This document shows, one piece after another, positions 1-7,865 of a DNA stretch of 64,000 nucleotides. The stretch's first letter is position 1. Every line of letters starts with the position of its first letter. This DNA comes from Phycisphaeraceae bacterium. GTDB taxonomy: Bacteria > Planctomycetota > Phycisphaerae > Phycisphaerales > UBA1924. The notes below the pieces were generated by a model. It worked only from the letters and a program-made list of their open reading frames with translations. It was not told the DNA's origin and ran no database searches. Position numbers and translations under genes: made by a program. The stretch is taken from contig JAJTHN010000039.1 in assembly GCA_021297895.1 (NCBI GenBank), forward strand, positions 13,090 to 77,089. Direction: 5' to 3'.

Positions 1-1
1 C

Positions 2-850
2 ACGCTGCTCGGGGCCCTGACCCGGGCCAACCCGAAGATCGCCAACTACCCGTTCACCACGCTCGCGCCGCAACTGGGTGTCGCCGAACTCGACCCCGAG
101 CGCCGCCTCGTGATCGCCGACATTCCGGGTCTCATCGAGGGTGCCAGCGACGGTGCCGGGCTGGGGCTGGACTTTCTGCGGCACGTCGAGCGCACGCGGC
201 TGCTTCTGCACGTGCTGGACATCATGCCCGACGAGGGCACCCCGGCCGAGAACTACCGGATCATCCGCAAGGAACTCTTCAACTACTCGCCGGTTCTGGC
301 CGAGCGTGAAGAGATCATCGTGCTCAACAAGCTTGACCTGCTCGAGAGCGACGAGGCCCGCGAGGCGGCGATCCGTCGCCTGAGAGCGGATCTGAAGATC
401 GGGCGCGATACGGAAGTCGTCGGCATCTCCGCCGCGACGCGCAAGGGGACGCGCGAATTGCTCGAGAGACTCTGGACGATCCTGAAGGGCCGCGAGGTGC
501 GGTGGACCGCGGATGCGCCGGTTCAGTCGGACAATGCGGATCACGACGAGCACGACGCGGAGAACGACGCGCACATCGATGCCGACGGTGTCATCCAGGT
601 GCGCAGAGCGCCCGAGGTGAAGCGAGTCGCGAGAAAGAAGGCCGCGGCGAAAACCGCTGCGAGGAAGAAGACCAACACCAAGCGAGCGCTGCCCGCGAAA
701 AAATCTGCCAGTGCCCGATCGACGAAGCCCACCACGGCCGTCGCCAAGAAGAGTGCCAAGAAGTCGAACAAGGCGGTTGCCAAGCCCGTGACCAAGAAGG
801 TCGCCAAGAAGGCGGCAACCAAGCCAGCGTCGCGGCGATCTCGACGCTGA
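2..850 (+). CDS. obg: GTPase Obg/CgtA, 5'-truncated by the window edge, with acidic patch and Lys/Ala-rich C-terminal tail
   Basis: The frame is open from nt 2 ([27 protein letters not shown]...[12 protein letters not shown]...VLNKLD), matching the Obg G-domain motifs. The last ~75 aa are AKK/KKxAK low complexity. Confidence 0.9.
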   Translation, partial: TLLGALTRANPKIANYPFTTLAPQLGVAELDPERRLVIADIPGLIEGASDGAGLGLDFLRHVERTRLLLHVLDIMPDEGTPAENYRIIRKELFNYSPVLAEREEIIVLNKLDLLESDEAREAAIRRLRADLKIGRDTEVVGISAATRKGTRELLERLWTILKGREVRWTADAPVQSDNADHDEHDAENDAHIDADGVIQVRRAPEVKRVARKKAAAKTAARKKTNTKRALPAKKSASARSTKPTTAVAKKSAKKSNKAVAKPVTKKVAKKAATKPASRRSRR

Positions 851-1013
851 TTCGCCGTATTCGCGCATGAATTGCGCGATTTACTGCTGGTGTTGTCGCG
901 TGGCAACGCAGTTGGTCCGTCGGCAGCGCGTGTTTGCTCGGGGCAACACCCGGGCAAGCTGTCGGTTGTCGGTTTTTTGCAACAGCCGCTGCAGTGGCAC
1001 CCCGCTCGCGTCG

Positions 1014-2045
1014 ATGACGGTGGTGATGGCCGACAGCGCCAAAGAGCCCGACGCCTTGCCGCCGCGATACGGCGGGGTCATCCTGCGTTCGCATGATGGC
1101 CCGGGGGCGTTGCCCGCGCGCATGGCCACCATGGTTCACGAGTTCTCCAGCCTGTTGGATGGCTCGCTGCGTCAACTGAGCTTGCTCTCCCGAAACCTGC
1201 ACGAGCTGGGAACCACGGACGCGGCCGAACATCGGCGCGATGTTGAACTGCGTGTCGCCGCGATCCGTGTTGCGCTGGAGCAGATGGCCCAGACTGTTCG
1301 CGGCGTTTCGCGGCCGCGGATCGCGCCGTCGCTCGTGGCCGCCCGTGTCGGTACGTCGGGAGTGGGGGGCAGGGGGCCTTTCGGCTGGGCCAGCGCGACG
1401 CTGACGCTCAGCGATGCCCTTCGGTACGCCATCGCGATTCTCCAGCCGCGTGCCTCCGAGGAACGCATCGATCTGCACATGACGCTCGGCGATGGACTGG
1501 ATCGCGCCGGTGCGGGCGCGGCGTACACCGTCGTGCTCAACGGCCTGCGCAACGCCATGGACGCGATCATCGATGCGAGGGCCGCGGGGATGCCCGACAC
1601 GGGCCGCGTCGAACTTTCTGCCGAGCGGGTCGAACTGTCCGACGGATTCAACGCTGGTGCGAAGCGTGCGTGGGCGGTGATTGTTGTGACCGACGACGGG
1701 ATCGGCCCGCCGCCCGACCTATCGCCGAAGCCTGAGGCCGACGGTTCACGATCCCGCGCGCCCGTGTTCGAATCCGGCTTCACGACCAAGCCGGGCCATC
1801 TGGGCATCGGGCTATCGCTGTCGCGTGAACTCATCAGCGAGTACGGCGGCTCGGTGGACCTCCGAGCCCGCACGGACCGCCGCGGTGCGGAACTGATCAT
1901 CCGCTTGCCGCTGGTCGAGCCGCGGCACGACACCGTTGCCGGCACGCAGATGCCGGCAGTGCCGGGAATGACACCTGCTCGAACCGCCGGTGAAGCGACG
2001 AGCCCATCGAAGATCTCCCCCGACGAACGCGGAGTTGAGTCATGA
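1014..2045 (+). CDS. Cytoplasmic sensor histidine kinase with no obvious sensor or TM domain
   Basis: HATPase_c motifs are present (LNGLRNAMDAI, VTDDGIGPP, GFTTKPGHLGIGLSLS). An H-box-like MVHEFSSLLDGSL lies ~40 aa after the ATG at 1014. The ORF track start at 867 is less plausible. The stop overlaps the next gene (ATGA at 2042). Confidence 0.75.
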   Translation: MTVVMADSAKEPDALPPRYGGVILRSHDGPGALPARMATMVHEFSSLLDGSLRQLSLLSRNLHELGTTDAAEHRRDVELRVAAIRVALEQMAQTVRGVSRPRIAPSLVAARVGTSGVGGRGPFGWASATLTLSDALRYAIAILQPRASEERIDLHMTLGDGLDRAGAGAAYTVVLNGLRNAMDAIIDARAAGMPDTGRVELSAERVELSDGFNAGAKRAWAVIVVTDDGIGPPPDLSPKPEADGSRSRAPVFESGFTTKPGHLGIGLSLSRELISEYGGSVDLRARTDRRGAELIIRLPLVEPRHDTVAGTQMPAVPGMTPARTAGEATSPSKISPDERGVES

Positions 2046-3592
2046 CGCCCGATGCCGCTCCTGTGAGCAAGAAGCCCGCGATGGGCGCACCCGACCGTCC
2101 GAAGGACCGCCCGCCGCGCGTGCTGGTGATCGACGATGACCCGATCGTCGCCGAGAGTCTCTCGGAGTTCGTTCGTGCGGAGGGCTATGACGTTGCCACG
2201 GCGCTCGACGGGGAGGAAGGTCTGGGCATGATCGTTCAGGCCGAGAAGGGCGAGCATGCCAGCTCGCCCGTGCGGCCGTTTGCCGTGGTCATCGCCGATG
2301 TGAGCATGCCCAAGATGGACGGGATGCAGTTGCTCGAGCGCGTGGCCAAGGAGCATCCCAGCACCGTGATGCTGATGCTCACGGGATACGGCACGATCGA
2401 GGCCGCGGTCCACGCGGTGCGGCTCGGCGCGGCGGACTACCTCACCAAGCCCGTCGTCGATACCGAACTGCGCATGGCCCTTGAGCGAGCGCTGCGGCAG
2501 CAGAAGCTGCTCGAGGAAAACCGCTCGCTCAAGAAGCAGCTCGACACGCGCTTCGGGCTTGACAGCATCGTCGGCTCCGACGCGCGGATGCTCCGCGTGT
2601 ACGACCTGATCGAAGCGGTCGCGCCAACGAAGACCACCGTGCTGATGAACGGCGAAAGCGGCACCGGCAAATCGCTCATCGCGCATGCGATCCATCACCG
2701 TTCGTCCCGTGCGTCGCGACCGTTTGTCGAGTTGGCCTGCGGCTCGATCCCCGAAACGCTGCTCGAGAGCGAGCTCTTCGGCCACATCAAGGGTTCGTTC
2801 ACCGGTGCGCACGCGGACAAGGTCGGCAAGTTCCTGGCCGCCGACGGCGGGACGCTGTTCCTGGACGAGATCAACTCGGCATCCCCCGGCATGCAGCTCA
2901 AGCTTCTGCGCGTGCTGCAGGAGAAGAAGTTCGAGCCTGTCGGCAGCAACGAGACGATCGAAGTCGATGTTCGCGTGATTCTGGCGACCAACCAATCACT
3001 GGAGGAACTCGTCCAGCAGGGCAAGTTCCGCCAGGATCTGTACTACCGCATCAACGTCGTGAAGATCGACCTGCCGCCGCTGCGCGAGCGCGTTGCCGAT
3101 ATTCCGCTTCTGGTCGAGCACTTCCTCGCGCAGCACGCCTCGGCGATGGGCCGGACGGTCACCGGCGTCGATTCGCAAGCGATGGAAGCGATCAGACGCT
3201 ATCCGTTCCCCGGCAACGTGCGAGAGCTGAGCAACGTGATCGAACGCGCCGTGGTCCTGTCGCGACGTCCGACGATCCAGCTCGAGGATCTTCCGCCGCA
3301 GGTCACCGGGCAGAGCGCGCCGGTCCTCGCGCCGGCCGGCGCGGTGGGCTCGCCACAATCACTCTCATCAACGATGCCTGCGATCGCGAGCGGCGAGCAC
3401 TCACCGAACGCAGCACAAGCGCTTGATGAAGCGATGCGTGAACCAGAGCGCCGCATCATCATCGAGGCGTTGCGCCTCAGCGGCTGGAATCGGCTGCGTG
3501 CGGCGGAGCGCTTGCAGATCAATCGCACGACGCTGTACAAGAAAATGCGAGCGCTCGGAATCGATCCATCCCACGAGGCGCGGGCGGGCTGA
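2042..3592 (+). CDS. NtrC-family sigma54-dependent response regulator (REC + AAA+ + Fis-type HTH)
   Basis: REC domain (VLVIDDD...VIADVSMPKMDG). AAA+ domain with Walker A GESGTGKS, a GSFTGA loop (GAFTGA variant) and FLDEI. C-terminal HTH INRTTLYKKMRALGI. Confidence 0.9.
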   Translation: MTPDAAPVSKKPAMGAPDRPKDRPPRVLVIDDDPIVAESLSEFVRAEGYDVATALDGEEGLGMIVQAEKGEHASSPVRPFAVVIADVSMPKMDGMQLLERVAKEHPSTVMLMLTGYGTIEAAVHAVRLGAADYLTKPVVDTELRMALERALRQQKLLEENRSLKKQLDTRFGLDSIVGSDARMLRVYDLIEAVAPTKTTVLMNGESGTGKSLIAHAIHHRSSRASRPFVELACGSIPETLLESELFGHIKGSFTGAHADKVGKFLAADGGTLFLDEINSASPGMQLKLLRVLQEKKFEPVGSNETIEVDVRVILATNQSLEELVQQGKFRQDLYYRINVVKIDLPPLRERVADIPLLVEHFLAQHASAMGRTVTGVDSQAMEAIRRYPFPGNVRELSNVIERAVVLSRRPTIQLEDLPPQVTGQSAPVLAPAGAVGSPQSLSSTMPAIASGEHSPNAAQALDEAMREPERRIIIEALRLSGWNRLRAAERLQINRTTLYKKMRALGIDPSHEARAG

Positions 3593-3808
3593 AGACGCGG
3601 TCGAGCGTGAAGCGACCTTCGATCCCGCTCACGGGTGATCGATTGGGCGAGAGTTGTCCACAGTAAATCACCGGATATCCACCAGAATGGGGTGGTGTTG
3701 CGCCTGCGTTCTTTGCGGAATCGCTACTTATAGGCCTCGAATGGGGCTAAATCGGGCAACTTTTGCCGAGTGTGGGGTGTTAAAATGCCCACGAGGCGAT
3801 GTGGTGCT

Positions 3809-3836
3809 TTGACTCTGCGGCGGAGTGTGGTACATT
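3809..3836 (+). promoter_or_regulatory. Candidate sigma70-type promoter for the flp operon
   Basis: TTGACT (3809-3814), 16-nt spacer, TACATT (3831-3836), inside a locally AT-richer island about 100 nt upstream of the flp ATG. Confidence 0.3.
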
Positions 3837-3936
3837 CTCGTCGTAACCCTGGCTTGAAGACAACACCTCCGACCGGCGTATGTCGTACGGAGCAAGCGGG
3901 GCGGAGTAGGAACGTTTTCTCAAAGGAGAATGGATT

Positions 3937-4338
3937 ATGAAGCGGATGCTGAAGAATCGTAAGGGCCAGGGTTTCGTTGAGTACGCGCTGCTCGTCGCCG
4001 GCGTCGCGCTCGTTGGCGCCCTGGGCGTCACCGTGCTCGGCCACAAGACGGGCGAGCTGCTGGACAGCGTCGCCACGACGATCCCGGGCTCGACCCCCTT
4101 CTCGAACAACACGATCCGTCAGGGTGCGTTGATCGAGTACACCCCGACGACCGGTGGCGCGAACCCCGCTGAGGTTGGCGCTGGCGTGACGACGGGCGAC
4201 CTGCTCCTGTGGCTGCCCCAGATCGACACGAACAACGGCACCCGTCGTCTCGACGGTAACCTCAACTACACCTACACCGCCGGTGGCAACTTCATCTGGT
4301 CGGGCGCCCTCATCGCTGCCCCCGACTTCACGCCCTGA
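3937..4338 (+). CDS. flp: Flp/Fap-family type IVc prepilin, long form (133 aa)
   Basis: MKRMLKNRKG|QGFVEYALLVAGVALVGALGV fits the G/xxxxEY prepilin motif followed by a hydrophobic helix. An AGGAG RBS lies ~9 nt upstream. A strong terminator hairpin follows. Confidence 0.85.
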   Translation: MKRMLKNRKGQGFVEYALLVAGVALVGALGVTVLGHKTGELLDSVATTIPGSTPFSNNTIRQGALIEYTPTTGGANPAEVGAGVTTGDLLLWLPQIDTNNGTRRLDGNLNYTYTAGGNFIWSGALIAAPDFTP

Positions 4339-4413
4339 TCTGGCGTGAGCGTCGCGTGAGTACAGGCGGGTCTTTTCCGCTGGTCCACGCCGCGTGAAAT
4401 TAGTCTTTCGACC

Positions 4414-4443
4414 AAAGCCCCCCGGTTCTGCCGGGGGGCTTTG
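4414..4443 (+). terminator. Rho-independent terminator or attenuator after flp-1
   Basis: AAA GCCCCCCGG ttctg CCGGGGGGC TTT: a perfect 9-bp GC stem with a 5-nt loop, flanked by an A-tract and a T-tract. Confidence 0.8.
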
Positions 4444-4596
4444 TCATTTGGCGAGTGGCGTCCGCGGGTCCGAAGTTGCGAGGTCTGCCGCTGGCGTGTT
4501 TGGTTGTGACCCGTCGGTTCTTCTGCTAAACTCTTGGACATGGCCGACCGACCGATTTTTCGCCGATGCTCCGGTGTGTTTCGCAGCTGCTGGTCC

Positions 4597-4968
4597 ATGC
4601 TGCGCGACCGCCGCGGGGCAACGCTCGTCGAGTACGCGCTGGTCAGCGCGGGAATCGTGCTGGTCAGTCTCGGCGCTGCATCGCTGCTGAGCCTCAAGGC
4701 CTCCGAGGCCATCACGACGAACCTCGCATCGCAGCCCGATGCTCATCCGACGGACAACGCGCCGCTCCGCGGCGGCGCCATCGTCGAACTGCGAGTCGAC
4801 ACCGATCTGAACCTCAACAATCCCTTTGATCCTGACACCTTCAACGAGCTTCAACCGGATCTGCAGGCCATCGACCTGCGTTCCGGCACATCTCGGCTGA
4901 GCACGAACTTTGGCGTTGCGCAACCGGAACTGATCCAGTGGATCGTGCCGCCAAGCTTCGCGCCCTGA
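4597..4968 (+). CDS. flp: Second Flp-family prepilin, long form (about 123 aa from the ATG at 4597)
   Basis: MLRDRRG|ATLVEYALVSAGIVLVSLGAASLL has the G/xxxxEY motif. Its C-terminal region shares motifs with flp-1. The ORF track start at 4534 would give an atypically long leader. Confidence 0.8.
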   Translation: MLRDRRGATLVEYALVSAGIVLVSLGAASLLSLKASEAITTNLASQPDAHPTDNAPLRGGAIVELRVDTDLNLNNPFDPDTFNELQPDLQAIDLRSGTSRLSTNFGVAQPELIQWIVPPSFAP

Positions 4969-4999
4969 TCGATCACCGTCCGAGGTCGCACATCTCTCC

Positions 5000-5443
5000 A
5001 TGGAAACGCTCGCCGCACTCTCTCCTTGGATCGCACCAGCGCTCGCGCTGGTCGCAGCAGGAATCGACGTGCGCACGCGCGAGATTCCGGACTGGATTCC
5101 CATCTCGATCGCGGTCTGGGCGCTCGGGTCAATGATCGGCGGATTCCCGCCCTATCCGCTCGATTGGGTAAGCGTTTTGTTGGGTGGGGTGATCGGGCTG
5201 GCCGTCGGATGGGCGGCATTTGCGCTCCTTGGCTTTGGCGGGGGCGATGCCAAACTCGTCGCCGCGATCGGATTGACCGTTGGCCCCGCGGGCTTGTTGC
5301 AAGTTCTCTGCGGATCGGCCATACTTGGCGGGGCGATCGCCATCGGGGTCGCTGCGTTCGGCGGTCGGGCGTTTGCTTACGGGCCAGCGATCGCCCTGAG
5401 TCTCCTTGGTCTTACGGTCCTCTGGGTTATTCAACCATTCTGA
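5000..5443 (+). CDS. tadV: Prepilin peptidase, A24 family, TadV/CpaA type (no methyltransferase domain)
   Basis: 147-aa polytopic membrane protein with the two catalytic Asp contexts (AAGIDVRTREIPD and GGGDAKLVAAIG). Confidence 0.85.
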   Translation: METLAALSPWIAPALALVAAGIDVRTREIPDWIPISIAVWALGSMIGGFPPYPLDWVSVLLGGVIGLAVGWAAFALLGFGGGDAKLVAAIGLTVGPAGLLQVLCGSAILGGAIAIGVAAFGGRAFAYGPAIALSLLGLTVLWVIQPF

Positions 5444-5553
5444 TGCTGGAGTCTGGAAATCACCCCTCGGCTTGAGCCTCCCTCGCCAATTCAGGCGGAG
5501 CAAGTCTCCTTTCAGAGCCCTACCCTCCCGCACGAGGAGGATTCCGCAGCCAG

Positions 5554-6594
5554 ATGGGATCGACGATGCGCACCATGAACTCCACCAACGACATATGGAT
5601 CATCGACGACCAACCCGCGGCGAGAGTCGCGTCTGATCGTCGATCGTCCCGCCAAGTGCGGCGTCGCGGCGGCACTCTGGTTGAGTTCGCGCTCATCGCG
5701 ATGCTGTGCTACGTCCTGCTCGCGGGCATCCTGACCTTCGGTCAGTTGCTCTACTCGGGCCAGGTGCTTCAGGCCGCGGCGGACATGGCAGCCCGCGAAA
5801 CATCCCGTTTGGCGCTGCCGCCCGAAACGACCCTCAACGATCTGCTCTCCGATCCCACCTCGCGATTCACTCAGGAGATCTACAGCGAGCGATTCCTCGT
5901 GGTGGACGTGACGGACTGGGCGGACGGTGTCGCCGCACCGGGCACCACGCTCCCTGAGTACCTCCAGACCCTCGGCATGCCGCTGGTCAATCGTGCACTG
6001 GTCCCGCTGATGTTCGTCGAACGCGTCACGTCCGGTCCGTTCAGCGGGCGGCGATTCCTTCGATACCCCGGCGCGATTGTTCAGGACACATCGGGCGTGC
6101 CGTTCCTCACGGTTCAGGTTCCCGTCGTGCTCGGCCCGACCGGTACTGCGACCGCCCCCGGCCCGGAGCAGATCTCCTGGTCGCGCGTTCTGGAAGAGGT
6201 CCCCGGTGCCGGCGGTGCGAGCCAGTTTCCGCTCTCCTCTCCCGAGCGCGGCGTTGTCGCCCTTCGAATGAACTTCCCGTACCAGTCCGCAAGCATGACC
6301 GCGCAGTGGGGCCTGACCGCTCGTCAGGTCGCCGCGGACCCGACCATCGAACGCGGCTGGGCTCGCGGCAACATCGGCAACGTAATCGAGTCCAATGACG
6401 CCGGGGTGAGTCTGATTGGTGGCGGTACGGCGCTTCCCGCGTCTCGCGCGCCGGTCGATCTCAGCGGCGGAGAAGCACAGACCTACGCCGGGCCGCAGGG
6501 CCTGGGAACGCTGTTGGCGTTCGCGAAGGAAGTCCGGCCGTTCCGGCGCGTGTTGACATCTCAGTCGACATACCGACGCGAAGTTTTCGAGTAG
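5554..6594 (+). CDS. TadE-like pseudopilin, oversized (up to 346 aa)
   Basis: RRRG|GTLVEFALIAMLCYVLLAGILTFGQLLYSGQVLQAAADMAARE is a TadE N-terminal signature with a G/xxxxEF processing-type motif. The start is uncertain (ATGs at 5554, 5566, 5575). Confidence 0.7.
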   Translation: MGSTMRTMNSTNDIWIIDDQPAARVASDRRSSRQVRRRGGTLVEFALIAMLCYVLLAGILTFGQLLYSGQVLQAAADMAARETSRLALPPETTLNDLLSDPTSRFTQEIYSERFLVVDVTDWADGVAAPGTTLPEYLQTLGMPLVNRALVPLMFVERVTSGPFSGRRFLRYPGAIVQDTSGVPFLTVQVPVVLGPTGTATAPGPEQISWSRVLEEVPGAGGASQFPLSSPERGVVALRMNFPYQSASMTAQWGLTARQVAADPTIERGWARGNIGNVIESNDAGVSLIGGGTALPASRAPVDLSGGEAQTYAGPQGLGTLLAFAKEVRPFRRVLTSQSTYRREVFE

Positions 6595-6657
6595 CATAGT
6601 TTCCCACGCACCCTCAGAACCAAGGCGCGGCTCGGGCCGACGCTGGAGAAAAGCCTC

Positions 6658-7692
6658 ATGCGAAACAACCAACTCACGGTCATTGTTCTGGTCATCATCT
6701 TCGCGGTCATCGGCGCGTACTTCGTGCTCTGGGCACTGCGCCAGGCCCCGTCGCCCGCCGCGTTACTGGCGAATCTGCAGGGTCGCGCGCCCGGCAACGC
6801 CCAGCAGGTTGCGGCCGCACCGCCTCAGGTGCAGAACACCGACAATCTGCCTCAGCCCAGCAAGGATGCGATCCAGGTTGCTCTGGCTGCCCGCGCGATC
6901 AACGCTGGCGAGCTGATCACCCGCGAGAAGCTCATGAACCCGGACGGTCGTCCGGCGATCGCGTTCGTCGAGCCCAAGGACCTGGCGATGCTCGGCAAGA
7001 AGGAAGAGATCGTCGCGCCCGAACTGCTCATCGGTCGCGTCGCCCGCGACAACATCGCCGTTGGTCAGGCCATCACCGAGCGCAGCCTCCGTCCCGTCGG
7101 CACCCGCCCGGGTGTCGCCAGCGCCATCCCGGCCGGCATGCGCGGCCTGACGCTTGACGCCAACCGCGTGCAGGGCGCCCACATGATCAGCCGCGGCGAC
7201 AGGATCGACATCGTCGCCACCGTTCCGCTCAAGGAAGAGTCGACGTCCTCCGGCGGCGGCAGCGCAACCGTGATCGCCGCGCCGACGAGCGAGACGACCG
7301 AGCTGGTCCCGACGAAGTTCACGGGTGTCCGCCTCGTGCTCAATGACGGCCTGGTTGTCTCGCCGGTTCGTCCTCGCGTGATCCCCGGCGCCCCCGGACC
7401 TCGCGGCGAGATCACGCCCGGCCGCACGGTTGAAGAGTTCACGATCGCCGGCAAGCCCGAAGAGATCGCCAAGCTCACCGAGGCTCTCGGCAACGGCAGC
7501 AACCTGATCGTTTCGCCCCGCAGCGGCATTCCCGGCGAGACCGACGAGCAGCGCAAGCAGTCGATCCCCGAGCGAACCGGCGATGCGACGGTCGGCGAGA
7601 AGGCCGAGTCGCCCAAGACGCACACCATCGAGACGCTCGTCGGCGAGCGCCGCTCGAACTTCGTCGTCCCCGCTCGCACCGAGAAGAAGTGA
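6658..7692 (+). CDS. cpaB: Flp pilus assembly protein CpaB/RcpC
   Basis: N-terminal TM helix (LTVIVLVIIFAVIGAYFVLWAL), a SAF-like segment (ALAARAINAGELITREKL) and an RcpC-like segment (RGLTLDANRVQGAHMISRGDRIDIVATV). Confidence 0.8.
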   Translation: MRNNQLTVIVLVIIFAVIGAYFVLWALRQAPSPAALLANLQGRAPGNAQQVAAAPPQVQNTDNLPQPSKDAIQVALAARAINAGELITREKLMNPDGRPAIAFVEPKDLAMLGKKEEIVAPELLIGRVARDNIAVGQAITERSLRPVGTRPGVASAIPAGMRGLTLDANRVQGAHMISRGDRIDIVATVPLKEESTSSGGGSATVIAAPTSETTELVPTKFTGVRLVLNDGLVVSPVRPRVIPGAPGPRGEITPGRTVEEFTIAGKPEEIAKLTEALGNGSNLIVSPRSGIPGETDEQRKQSIPERTGDATVGEKAESPKTHTIETLVGERRSNFVVPARTEKK

Positions 7693-7865
7693 GCGACTGG
7701 GCTTCGATCTGAAGCCTTTGTCCGCGTCAGCGTTGTGGGCACGTCGAGCCGGTACTGCTCGCCGCAACGTCCCTTCGCAGCATCGCTCGCGTCATTGACA
7801 GATCTTTCGCTCTCGTCTCGGGTCCCTCTGCTCGTTCGGCTCGTTTCCTCGACGCTTCTCTTCCC

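Noticed and set aside
1172-2995. 607-aa minus-strand ORF antisense to the histidine kinase and response regulator genes. Similar long antisense or off-frame ORFs occur at 5512-6672, 14669-16672, 34916-36565, 37944-40154, 44993-47062, 48157-50106 and 58770-59984.
   Set aside because: These are typical stop-codon-poor shadow ORFs of a high-GC genome. Their translations are Arg/Gly/Ala/Pro-rich with no motifs, and the opposite strand carries clearly recognisable genes.
3693-3758. Possible sigma54 -24/-12 promoters upstream of flp (TGGTGTTGCGCCTGC at 3693-3707; GGGGCTAAATCGGGC at about 3743-3758).
   Set aside because: Only the GG and GC dinucleotides at the correct spacing match. The flanking consensus positions (TGGCAC, TTGCW) mostly do not. 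Matches at this level are expected by chance in GC-rich DNA.
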